Source of the DNA: a virus
Direction: 5' to 3' (one strand)
DNA: 55,761 nucleotides
IMG/VR virus record: IMGVR_UViG_3300045988_162287
The position numbers and the translations under genes are program-made. The notes below the pieces were generated by a model, which worked only from the letters and a program-made list of their open reading frames with translations, was not told the origin of the DNA and made no database searches. This document shows positions 8,008 to 16,725 of this stretch, one piece after another. Each line of letters begins with the position of its first letter. Position 1 is the stretch's first letter.

Positions 8008-9750
8008 ATGACCCTATCGAACACAGCCGTTCCGAAATACTACGGTCAATTTCGTGATAGGGTCATGGCCGGAGAGATCCCGGTATGCCATGAGATCGAG
8101 ATGGAGATGAATCGCATCGACGATCTCATTCGTAATCCAGGGATCTACTATGACGCCGATAAGGTCGAAGGATGGGTACATTTCTGCGAGAAGGAACTCA
8201 CCCTGACCGACGGATCTCCGGTTCATCTTCTCGATAGTTTCAAGCTCTGGGGCGAGCAGATATTTGGTTGGTACTATTTCGTCGAACGATCAGTCTATAT
8301 TCCGAATCCGCATGGAGGCGTCGGTCACTACGAGAACCGCAGGATCTGCAAGCGCCTGATCAATAAACTATATTTGATTGTGGCACGTGGCGCAGCCAAG
8401 ACCATGTTCGCCGAATTCGTCCAGGCATATTTCCTCATCATGGATACGTCGACGACTTCACAGATCGTCGTGGCTCCGACGATGAAGCAGGCTGAGGAAA
8501 CCATGGCGCCGTTCCGAACCGCCATCATCAGGTCACCCGGTCCGCTCATCAAGTTCCTGTCCGAAGGCTCACTTCCCGGCAACGGACCGAAATCTACTCA
8601 GGCCAAGCTCGCCTCGACCAAGAAGGGTGTAGAGAATTTCCTCACAGGCTCTCTTCTTGAGGTTCGTCCGATGTCAATCGACAAGCTCCAGGGTCTTCGT
8701 CCAAAGGTATCTACCGTTGACGAATGGCTGTCCGGCGATATTCGTGAGGATGTCATCGGCGCCATCGAACAGGGCGCGTCAAAGCTCGACGACTATCTCA
8801 TCGTGGCGACCTCGTCCGAGGGCACCGTCCGAAACTCAGTAGGCGATACCATCAAGATGGAGTTGATGGACATTCTCAAAGGAGAATACGTCAATCCTCA
8901 TGTCGCCATATTCTATTATCGGCTTGACGATACCAAGGAAGTTGCCAATCCGGATATGTGGGTCAAGGCAAATCCTAATCTTGGACAAACGGTTACCTAT
9001 GAGACCTATCAGCTTGACGTCGAACGTGCAGAGAAGGCCCCGGCCACACGTAATGATATTCTCGCCAAACGTTTCGGTATTCCGATGGAGGGTTACACCT
9101 ACTTCTTCACCTATGAGGAGACTCTTCCACATCGGAAGAAGGATTTTTGGGGGATGCCGTGTTCTCTTGGAGCCGATCTGTCGCAGGGAGACGACTTCTG
9201 CTCGTTCACGTTCCTCTTCCCATTGCCAGATGAGACCTTCGGCGTCAAGACGAGGAACTATATTTCATCATATACCATGCAGCATCTTCCTTCGGCGGCT
9301 CGTCAGAAGTACGAGGATTTCCTGAATGAGGGATCATTGTTCGTCATGGATGGCACAGTGCTCGATATGGTGCAGGTGTATGAGGATCTCGACAAGTACA
9401 TCACCGAGTCGGAGTATGATGTCCGTTGCCTCGGTTACGATCCCTATAACGCCAAGGACTTCGTGGTTCGATACACCATGGACTATGGAGAGTTCGGCAT
9501 CGAGAAAGTGATTCAGGGTGCCAAGACCGAATCCGTTCCGTTGGGCGAATTGAAGAAGCTGGCCGAGGATCGTCGTCTGCTCTTCGACGAGGAACTCATG
9601 TCGTTCACCATGGGCAACTGCATCGTCCTTCAGGACACGAACAACAACAAGAAGCTGTACAAGGCCAAGCGCGAGGACAAGATCGACGCCGTTGCGGCCA
9701 TGATGGACGCGTTCGTCGCGTATAAGAACAATCGCGACCTCTTCGACTGA
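8008..9750 (+). CDS. terL: Terminase large subunit
   Basis: 580 aa; Walker-A-like LIVARGAAKT, STVDEW Walker B, C-terminal RNaseH-like nuclease region (GADLSQGDDF...KIDAVAAMMDA); AGGAGG RBS. Confidence 0.9.
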   Translation: MTLSNTAVPKYYGQFRDRVMAGEIPVCHEIEMEMNRIDDLIRNPGIYYDADKVEGWVHFCEKELTLTDGSPVHLLDSFKLWGEQIFGWYYFVERSVYIPNPHGGVGHYENRRICKRLINKLYLIVARGAAKTMFAEFVQAYFLIMDTSTTSQIVVAPTMKQAEETMAPFRTAIIRSPGPLIKFLSEGSLPGNGPKSTQAKLASTKKGVENFLTGSLLEVRPMSIDKLQGLRPKVSTVDEWLSGDIREDVIGAIEQGASKLDDYLIVATSSEGTVRNSVGDTIKMELMDILKGEYVNPHVAIFYYRLDDTKEVANPDMWVKANPNLGQTVTYETYQLDVERAEKAPATRNDILAKRFGIPMEGYTYFFTYEETLPHRKKDFWGMPCSLGADLSQGDDFCSFTFLFPLPDETFGVKTRNYISSYTMQHLPSAARQKYEDFLNEGSLFVMDGTVLDMVQVYEDLDKYITESEYDVRCLGYDPYNAKDFVVRYTMDYGEFGIEKVIQGAKTESVPLGELKKLAEDRRLLFDEELMSFTMGNCIVLQDTNNNKKLYKAKREDKIDAVAAMMDAFVAYKNNRDLFD

Positions 9751-9763
9751 TTGGAGATTCAAA

Positions 9764-10507
9764 ATGGTGGATTTTTCCGATAAGCAACGGGCCATGCTGG
9801 CCAAACGAGGTCTTGCGATGCCCGACGGCGGCTATCCCATCAGGAATCGCAAGGATCTTCGCAACGCCATTCAGGCCTATGGTCGCGGCAATAGCAAGGA
9901 CAATGTTCAACGGTGGATCAAGAGGCGTGCCAAGCAACTTGACGCCGAGGACATGCTTCCAGAGAATTGGAGAACTTCGATGAACCATAGTGAAGAACTT
10001 TATCACTTCGGCGTCAAAGGCATGAAGTGGGGCGTTCGACGAGCCGAGCGTAAGACTCGCAAACAGGCCCGTAAAGACGCCCAGGAGACCGCTCAATCCA
10101 AGATGTATTACGGTGAAGGAGCCGGCGTTCGTCGACGCAACATCAATTCCGTGGTCAGGCAGCGTTCAAAAGATCCAACCTACAAGAAGGCTTTTGACGA
10201 AGAGTACTCAAAACAGGACATGGGCAAGGCTCGCCGTGACGCTGAACGACAGCGCAAACGTACCGATCGCACCGAACCGGTAAAGACCGGAATCGGTCGT
10301 GGTGTGAAGAAGGCTGTTCGTGCAGGAACCAAGGCTGTAACGTTCGCTGCGACGACCGCCGCAGGTGTGGCCGCTTCATACTATATTTCCCATCCGGATG
10401 AAGCCAAGCGAATGGTTAACACCATTGCCAAGAAGGCATCCAGTACGGTAAATAGGGCTCGGAACGTAGCCCGTGGCGCCCAGTTCCTTCGTAAGATGGG
10501 TCTGTGA
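9764..10507 (+). CDS. GVKGMKWG-module family protein 3 (247 aa) with an N-terminal AMPDGGYPIRNRKDLRNAIQAYGR domain
   Basis: Internal EELYHFGVKGMKWGVRRAERK (aa 77-96), a basic region and a C-terminal hydrophobic stretch (AVTFAATTAAGVAASYYI). Confidence 0.6.
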   Translation: MVDFSDKQRAMLAKRGLAMPDGGYPIRNRKDLRNAIQAYGRGNSKDNVQRWIKRRAKQLDAEDMLPENWRTSMNHSEELYHFGVKGMKWGVRRAERKTRKQARKDAQETAQSKMYYGEGAGVRRRNINSVVRQRSKDPTYKKAFDEEYSKQDMGKARRDAERQRKRTDRTEPVKTGIGRGVKKAVRAGTKAVTFAATTAAGVAASYYISHPDEAKRMVNTIAKKASSTVNRARNVARGAQFLRKMGL

Positions 10508-10911
10508 TGCGATCCTATCACGAGCTCATCCGGTATTCAGATTTTCTCGACCGGTTCCATTACCTGCAATGTCACGGATCCGTCGGACGTCCGACATTCG
10601 GTTCCGAACGTTGGATGAACCAGCGGTTCTATCGATCACCCGAATGAAAACACGTTCGTGATTTGGTGATCGCTCGGGACAATGGTTTCGATCTCGGGTG
10701 CCCCGATCATCCCATCGCCGGAAAGATCATGATCCATCACATCGAGCCGTTGACTCCGGATTTCATCGAACATGGTGACGATCTGCTGCTCGATCCGGAC
10801 AATCTTATCAGTTGTTCGTTGGCGACACACAACGACCTGCACTTCGGAACCGACGAACGAGCTCGCCCATGGGTCGAACGGAAACCCAATGACACCTGTC
10901 CATGGAGGTAA
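10507..10911 (+). pseudogene. HNH endonuclease interrupted by one in-frame TGA (10645-10647) at a conserved Trp position
   Basis: Same frame on both sides: ...NQRFYRSPE[TGA]KHVRDLVIARDNGFDLGC...IMIHHIEP...THNDLHFG. Small phage HNH proteins carry S.EWK..R at this point. Confidence 0.7.
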
Positions 10912-10950
10912 CTTCAAAATGATGGAATTTTATCGGATTGGAGGACCGTG

Positions 10951-11298
10951 ATGGATGAAAGCATTCTCAAATCGGTCAAGAAGGTACTCGGACTTGATCC
11001 CGAATCATCCGATTTCGATGAGGATCTTGTCATATTTATCAATTCGGCGTTCTTCAATCTCAGACAATTGGGAGTTGGTCCCTCGGAGGGATATTCGATC
11101 ACCGGAATCGAAGACACGTGGAGTGAATTCACTGATGACGATCAACTTCTTACTGGCGTAAAGCCATATATTCAGCAAAAGGTTCGTCTTCAGTTCGATC
11201 CGCCGACCAATTCGTTCCTTGGGCAATCGATCCGGAAGAACATCGAGGAGTATGAATGGCGTCTCAACATCCAAGGGGAAGGAGGTTTCAATGAATGA
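10951..11298 (+). CDS. Head-tail connector (gp6-like) protein
   Basis: ILKSVKKVLGLDPESSDFDEDLVIFINSAFFNLRQLG fits the gp6-like connector pattern; about 115 aa; GGAGGA RBS. Confidence 0.5.
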   Translation: MDESILKSVKKVLGLDPESSDFDEDLVIFINSAFFNLRQLGVGPSEGYSITGIEDTWSEFTDDDQLLTGVKPYIQQKVRLQFDPPTNSFLGQSIRKNIEEYEWRLNIQGEGGFNE

Positions 11299-11710
11299 GC
11301 TCTATCACTTCGGCGTCAAAGGCATGAAATGGGGCGTACGTAAGGATCGTAAGCGATCGGTAAGTTCCAAGCGTTCGCGATCGGACAGCAAGGATTACAC
11401 GGAAAGCCGAGACCTTCTCAAGAAGTCTCCGAACAAGTTGTCCAACACCGAGCTCCGTAAGATCAATGAACGACTCAATCTCGAACAACAGTATTCGAAT
11501 CTGACGACAAGTCAGAAGCAGAAAGGCAACCGGTTCATCGACAAGGTTGGTAACCAGATGAAGCAGACCGCGGCCAACGAGGTGTCGAAGCAGTTGATGA
11601 ATGTCGGCAAGATCGTTCTTGGAGCCGGAATCGCCTATGCGGCCAGCAGGGCCCGTGGGAACGGACAGTCATATTCATTCGACTTCGCTCGCAGGCAGAT
11701 CGGTCGGTGA
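11291..11710 (+). CDS. GVKGMKWG-module family protein 4 (139 aa)
   Basis: MNELYHFGVKGMKWGVRKDRKRSVSSKRSRS..., C-terminal hydrophobic stretch (IVLGAGIAYAA); AAGGAGG RBS. Confidence 0.6.
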   Translation: MNELYHFGVKGMKWGVRKDRKRSVSSKRSRSDSKDYTESRDLLKKSPNKLSNTELRKINERLNLEQQYSNLTTSQKQKGNRFIDKVGNQMKQTAANEVSKQLMNVGKIVLGAGIAYAASRARGNGQSYSFDFARRQIGR

Positions 11711-11716
11711 TGCCTA

Positions 11717-13024
11717 ATGAATGTCGTTACCGATGCATTGGCGCACGCATGGAATGCGTTCGTCAACCCGTCATCCAACTTCCGTCTGTCCGTCGGATAT
11801 TCCTCGGCGCGTCGTCCGGATACGCGGGTCTTCACCCGAGGCGTCGACCGATCGATCATATCCTCGCTGTACAACCGCATCGCCATCGATGTGAGCGCCA
11901 TCGAGATCCGGCATTGCCGTATTGACAAGACGACGCAGCAATATCTGGAGACGATCGACGACGGGCTCAATCAGTGTCTGAACATCGAGGCCAATATCGA
12001 CCAATCAGGCCGTGATTTCATCATGGACGTCGTGATGACCATGTGTGATGACGGGGCCGCGGCCATGGTGCCGATTGACACCACGGTGAATCCGATGAAT
12101 TCGAATTCGTTCGATATTCAGACCATGCGCGTCGGTCGTGTTGTTGAATGGTATCCTCGGGCCGTTAAACTTTCGGTCTATAATGATGCTCCGAACGCCG
12201 GCCAGCGGGAGGAGATCGTCATGCCGAAGTGCAAGGTGGCGATCGTCCAGAACCCGCTCTATCAGGTGATGAACGAGCCGAACTCTACCTTGCAGCGTCT
12301 GATCCGAAAGCTCAATCAGCTCGATACCATTGACGACAAGGCCGCGTCCGGCAAACTCGATCTTATCATCCAGTTCCCGTACCAGATCCGCACGGAGGAG
12401 AAGAAGCGACAGGCCGAACTCCGCCGTCAGCAGCTGGAGGATCAGCTCAAGGATTCCGCCTATGGCGTTGCGTACACCGACGGTTCCGAGAAGATCACCC
12501 AGCTCAATCGGAGTCTGGATAATCACATGCTTCAGCAGATCCAGAATCTGACGACCCAGCTCTACGGTCAGCTCGGCCTTTCCGAGGCCGTGGTGAACGG
12601 CACCGCCTCTCAGGAGGAGATGCTCAATTACCATAACCGCACCTTGGAGCCGATGATCTCAGCCATCTGTGACGCGCTGAAGCGAACCTTTCTGACCAAA
12701 ACCGCCCGAAGTCAAGGACAGAGCATCGAGTTCTTCCGCGATCCGTTCAGGTTGGTTCCGGTCACCGATCTGGCGAACATCGCCGCGGCATTCACGTCGA
12801 ATGAGATCATGTCATCGAACGAGTTCCGTTCGGTCCTTGGTTACGCCCGTTCCGAAGAACCTCAGGCGAATCAGTTGCGCAACGCCAACATCAACCCGCT
12901 CGGTACCGACGTGACCGCGCAGCAGCCGGAATCCATACAAGAACCAACCCAAGATTCAGCACAGCCTTCCATTCAGGATGTGCTGAACGCCCCAATGGAA
13001 GGAGACAGTCAAAATGGGGTATGA
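11717..13024 (+). CDS. Portal protein
   Basis: 435 aa, between terL and the protease-capsid gene; acidic C-terminus; size and position typical of portals. Confidence 0.6.
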   Translation: MNVVTDALAHAWNAFVNPSSNFRLSVGYSSARRPDTRVFTRGVDRSIISSLYNRIAIDVSAIEIRHCRIDKTTQQYLETIDDGLNQCLNIEANIDQSGRDFIMDVVMTMCDDGAAAMVPIDTTVNPMNSNSFDIQTMRVGRVVEWYPRAVKLSVYNDAPNAGQREEIVMPKCKVAIVQNPLYQVMNEPNSTLQRLIRKLNQLDTIDDKAASGKLDLIIQFPYQIRTEEKKRQAELRRQQLEDQLKDSAYGVAYTDGSEKITQLNRSLDNHMLQQIQNLTTQLYGQLGLSEAVVNGTASQEEMLNYHNRTLEPMISAICDALKRTFLTKTARSQGQSIEFFRDPFRLVPVTDLANIAAAFTSNEIMSSNEFRSVLGYARSEEPQANQLRNANINPLGTDVTAQQPESIQEPTQDSAQPSIQDVLNAPMEGDSQNGV

Positions 13025-14957
13025 TTTCAGTGGTTACGCCACGCGGAACAACATCCGTTGCTCCGACGGGCGAACCATTCTGAAGGACGCCTTCGCCGAT
13101 CAGGACGGTCAGAAGGTGCCGCTGGTCTACCAGCACAACCATAGCGACATCGATAACGTGCTCGGCCATGCCGTACTGGAGAACCGTGAGGATGGCGTCT
13201 ACTGCTATGGTACGTTCAACAGCACGCCGATGGGTCGCGACGCCAAAGAGCTCGTCAAGCACGGTGACATCACTGCACTGTCGATCTACGCGAACCATCT
13301 GACCGAACGCAACAAGAACGTCATGCACGGTAACATCCGCGAGGTGAGTCTAGTCCTTGCCGGCGCCAATCCCGGCGCCTACATCGACAATGTCACACTT
13401 CAGCATTCGGACGGAACTCAGGATCTTCTGGATGACGAGGCCGTGATCTACTCCGGCGAGGAGATCGTGCTTGAGCATGGCGATGAGGAAAGCGAGGATG
13501 ACATGCAGCATGCCGACGATTCCAAAACGTCGACCGCCAAGACCGAGGACGATTCGTCCGAGAAAGCGTCGGACAAAACGGTCCAGCAGGTCTGGGACAC
13601 TTTTACCGACAAGCAGAAGGACGCTGTATATGCTCTTATCGGCGCGGCCATTGGTGGTGCCGAGGAGAGCGTTGCACAGTCCGATATTTCGCATGCCGAT
13701 GACGAGTCTGACGATTCGTCTTCCGGCGAGACCGTTCAGGATGTCTTCGACACGCTGAACGAGGAACAGAAGAATGTCGCCTATGCTCTGATCGGCCTCG
13801 CCGTGGAGCAGGGTGATTCCGACACTGAGGACAGTGACGGAGAGAACAACAATAGCGCCTCCCATTCGGAGGAAGAAGGAGATATTATGTATATGAACGC
13901 CTTCGAACAGGCCGGTGCCGAGGATGAAGCTCCGGTCCTGTCCCACGACGACATGAAGGAATTCCTTACCGAGGCCAAGGACTACGGCTCGTTCCGTGAT
14001 TATTCCGAGAAGTGGATGCAGCACGCTGGCCAGAACTATGGCATCGAGAACATCGAAGTGCTCTTCCCTGATGCACGTCAGGTCGGCGACGAGCCGTACC
14101 TGTACAAGCGCGACACCGACTGGGTCGACGTCGTGCTCAACGGTACCCGTCACACCCCGTTCACCCGTATCAAGACCTCGTACGCGGATCTGACCGAGGA
14201 TGAGGCTCGTGCGAAGGGCTTTACGCTTGACCGCAAGAACAACAAGCGTAAGATGGACGAGGTGTTCAAGGTCTACAAGCGCGTGACCACCCCGCAGACG
14301 ATCTACAAGAAGCAGCGTCTCGATCGTGACGACGAGATCGACATCACCGATTTCAACGTGGTCAACTTCCTGTGGAACGAGATGAAGGTCATGATCCGTG
14401 AGGAGATGGCCCGTGATATTCTGATCGGCGACGGCCGTTCCGCCTCCGCCGAGGATCATGTCAACACCGAGAACGTCCGTCCGATCGTCGGTGATGATGA
14501 TCTGTACGTCATCTACAACGATGGTGCCAATCCGGCCACTGATCCGACCGCGTTCGTCGATCGCGCCCGTAAGGCCAAGGTTGGTTATATGGGCTCCGGC
14601 ATGCCGACCCTGTTCCTGTCCCCGAGCCTGCACGGCGAATTGATGGTGCAGCGCGATAAGGTTGGTCGTCGCCTGTACGACACCGATGCATCGCTGGCGG
14701 CCGCTATGGGTGTTTCTGCCATCGTTGAGGTCCCGGTTCTTGAGGGCTTTGAGATTACCGATGAGAGCAAGGTTGTTGATGGTGTGATGGTGAATCTGCG
14801 CGACTACACCATCGGCACCGATCGTGGCGGTGAGCTGACCCAGTTCTCCGACTTCGATATCGACTACAACCAGCATAAGTACCTCATTGAGGCTCGTCTC
14901 TCCGGTGCGCTGACCATGCCGAAGTCCGCCGTTGTGCTGACCCACCCAAAAGCGTGA
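13014..14957 (+). CDS. Fused prohead protease (S78/HK97-type), acidic scaffold-like linker and HK97-fold major capsid protein
   Basis: N-terminus FSGYATRNN...VPLVYQHNHSDIDNVLGH...GDITALSIYAN fits the S78 pattern. About 170 aa of acidic linker contains two repeats (TVQQVWDTFTDKQKDAVYALIGAAIGG / TVQDVFDTLNEEQKNVAYALIGLAVEQG). The C-terminal 350 aa or so are capsid-like. Confidence 0.75.
   Translation: MGYDFSGYATRNNIRCSDGRTILKDAFADQDGQKVPLVYQHNHSDIDNVLGHAVLENREDGVYCYGTFNSTPMGRDAKELVKHGDITALSIYANHLTERNKNVMHGNIREVSLVLAGANPGAYIDNVTLQHSDGTQDLLDDEAVIYSGEEIVLEHGDEESEDDMQHADDSKTSTAKTEDDSSEKASDKTVQQVWDTFTDKQKDAVYALIGAAIGGAEESVAQSDISHADDESDDSSSGETVQDVFDTLNEEQKNVAYALIGLAVEQGDSDTEDSDGENNNSASHSEEEGDIMYMNAFEQAGAEDEAPVLSHDDMKEFLTEAKDYGSFRDYSEKWMQHAGQNYGIENIEVLFPDARQVGDEPYLYKRDTDWVDVVLNGTRHTPFTRIKTSYADLTEDEARAKGFTLDRKNNKRKMDEVFKVYKRVTTPQTIYKKQRLDRDDEIDITDFNVVNFLWNEMKVMIREEMARDILIGDGRSASAEDHVNTENVRPIVGDDDLYVIYNDGANPATDPTAFVDRARKAKVGYMGSGMPTLFLSPSLHGELMVQRDKVGRRLYDTDASLAAAMGVSAIVEVPVLEGFEITDESKVVDGVMVNLRDYTIGTDRGGELTQFSDFDIDYNQHKYLIEARLSGALTMPKSAVVLTHPKA
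14945..14951 (+). promoter_or_regulatory. Candidate -1 programmed frameshift heptamer C_CCA_AAA
   Basis: An X_XXY_YYZ heptamer in the capsid zero frame (cac CCA AAA gcg tga), two codons before the stop. The -1 frame is open into ORF 14954. Confidence 0.5.
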
Positions 14958-15379
14958 GCCCGTCGGGTCCGACCGTTCTGGTCGAGCCTGTGGCGGGCAC
15001 CGAGACCAAGTATGGTAAGAAGGTCTCCGATCTTCAGGATGATGTTGTCATCAACACCAATCGGAAGATCGATGGCACGCTCCATTACGTGACCGGATAT
15101 ACCGAATTCAATAGCTCCGAGCCAACCGAGCAGGAAGGTAATTATCTTGCACTTGATTTCTCGGACAATTGGCTCGGCGATACAGATCCGACGACGTTCA
15201 CGGTCGAGCTCAAGGGCGGAAAGAAGGGACCGGTGACGTTGACGGATGGTGATGCCTTCTGCGTCTTCCGCGTGACCAATCCTAACACTCAGAGCATCGA
15301 GGTGGTATCCACCGATTCCACCGGAACGACCACGGTCAAGTATTCTCTGAAGGGTCTTACCTTGGAGCCAAAGGAGTGA
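14954..15379 (+). CDS. Ig-like/decoration-type domain ORF, probably expressed as a -1 frameshift extension of the capsid protein
   Basis: No ATG (first in-frame start is GTG) and no Shine-Dalgarno. Beta-rich 141 aa (GTLHYVTGYTEFNSSEPTEQEGNYLALDF...). Confidence 0.5.
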   Translation: MSPSGPTVLVEPVAGTETKYGKKVSDLQDDVVINTNRKIDGTLHYVTGYTEFNSSEPTEQEGNYLALDFSDNWLGDTDPTTFTVELKGGKKGPVTLTDGDAFCVFRVTNPNTQSIEVVSTDSTGTTTVKYSLKGLTLEPKE

Positions 15380-15386
15380 CGCGGCC

Positions 15387-15725
15387 ATGGCGAGGTTCTG
15401 CGGAAAGATAGGATATTCCCGTCAACAGGTGGAGACCTCGCCTGGCGTCTACGAGGATCAGATCAATGAGCGGATATATTATGGTGATGTGACAAGGAAC
15501 ACCCGTCGTCTTGAGGGTTCCGACTCCGTCAATATGGATATTCTCGCGAACAATACGATCTCGATCCTCGCCGACGCGTATGCCTATGACCATTTCTTCG
15601 ATATGAAGTACGTATGGTGGATGGGGACTCGCTGGATCATCACTAATGTCGAGGTCCAGCGTCCCCGTCTCATCCTTACCCTTGGAGGCGTATACAACGA
15701 TGGGGACGAGGCTGCAACTCCATGA
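15387..15725 (+). CDS. Head-tail joining / neck protein (family not identified)
   Basis: 112 aa, AAGGAG RBS, positioned between the capsid and major tail genes. Confidence 0.4.
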   Translation: MARFCGKIGYSRQQVETSPGVYEDQINERIYYGDVTRNTRRLEGSDSVNMDILANNTISILADAYAYDHFFDMKYVWWMGTRWIITNVEVQRPRLILTLGGVYNDGDEAATP

Positions 15726-15741
15726 TATTCTGGTGGGGATC

Positions 15742-16026
15742 ATGACCGATACCGATCCATCCTATGCACAGGGTCATGTATATTTTCAGCCCCCGTCGAA
15801 TATCCAGATGAAATATCCGTGTATTGTGTATGAACGGGACACCGGTGATACGCAATTCGCGGACAACAATCCGTATATTTTCAAATTCCGGTATCAGATC
15901 ACCGTGATCGATAGGAATCCGGACAGTCCGATACCGGAGAAGGTTGCCGAACTCCCGATGTGCACGATGGATCAGCATTTCGTAAGCGACAATCTTCATC
16001 ATGACGTGTTCAACTGCTATTTTTAA
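15742..16026 (+). CDS. Head-tail joining / tail completion protein (family not identified)
   Basis: About 94 aa directly upstream of the major tail gene. The start is uncertain (GTG 15733 or ATG 15742). Confidence 0.4.
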   Translation: MTDTDPSYAQGHVYFQPPSNIQMKYPCIVYERDTGDTQFADNNPYIFKFRYQITVIDRNPDSPIPEKVAELPMCTMDQHFVSDNLHHDVFNCYF

Positions 16027-16035
16027 GGAGCTAGA

Positions 16036-16701
16036 ATGGTAGCACTTACTTGGGATGATACCGGCAAGCGCCAGTATGAGATGGGTACGGACCACGGCGT
16101 ATTGTACCCGATGACGACCGGTGGCACGTACGGCACCGGCGTTGCTTGGAACGGCCTTACTGCCGTCACCGAGTCCCCTGATGGCGCCGAGGCGAACGCC
16201 ATGTACGCCGATAACAGCAAGTATGCCTCGCTGCGTTCCGCCGAGACCTTTGGTGCGACGATCGAGGCCTATACCTTCCCGGACGAGTTCATTCCGTGTG
16301 ATGGTGGCGCCGAAGTCACCGATGGCGTGGTCTTCGGCCAGCAGTCGAGGAGCAAGTTCGGTTTCTCGTACCGCACCCAGATCGGCAACGACGTCAGCCA
16401 GGACGCCGGCTACAAGCTGCATCTGGTGTACGGCGCCACCGCCTCTCCGTCGGAGAAGTCGTACGAGACAATCAACGATTCCCCGGAGGGCATGACCTTC
16501 AGCTGGGAGATCGACACCGATCCGGTCGCCGTGGAAGGCCATCCGGAACTCAAGCCGGTGGCGTCGATCACCATTAATTCGACCAAGGTCGATAAGGGCA
16601 AGCTCGCCGCGCTTGAGAAGAAGCTGTATGGCGACACTGCCGGCGAGCCGACCTTGCCCCTTCCTGGTGAGGTCTATACCATGATGAAGACAGAGGAATA
16701 G
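16036..16701 (+). CDS. Major tail protein
   Basis: 221 aa; GVAWNGLTAVTESPDGAEANAMYADN motif typical of siphovirus tube proteins; followed by chaperone-like and tape measure genes. Confidence 0.65.
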   Translation: MVALTWDDTGKRQYEMGTDHGVLYPMTTGGTYGTGVAWNGLTAVTESPDGAEANAMYADNSKYASLRSAETFGATIEAYTFPDEFIPCDGGAEVTDGVVFGQQSRSKFGFSYRTQIGNDVSQDAGYKLHLVYGATASPSEKSYETINDSPEGMTFSWEIDTDPVAVEGHPELKPVASITINSTKVDKGKLAALEKKLYGDTAGEPTLPLPGEVYTMMKTEE

Positions 16702-16725
16702 GGCTGACGGAAGTGAGATGTGCGA

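Noticed and set aside
10645-10647. Genome-wide TGA-to-Trp recoding (genetic code 4) as the explanation for the in-frame TGA in the HNH gene
   Set aside because: Many well-defined genes here (for example terL, the capsid gene and the first ORF) terminate at TGA in the expected positions. I saw no other gene needing TGA read-through.
13350-14945. Long minus-strand ORFs (13350..14945, 15676..16815, 21545..22969, 27078..28028, 53664..54752 and others)
   Set aside because: They lie antisense to well-supported plus-strand genes in the GC-richer regions. They lack RBSs and translate to low-complexity Arg/Gly/His/Leu-rich sequence typical of shadow ORFs.
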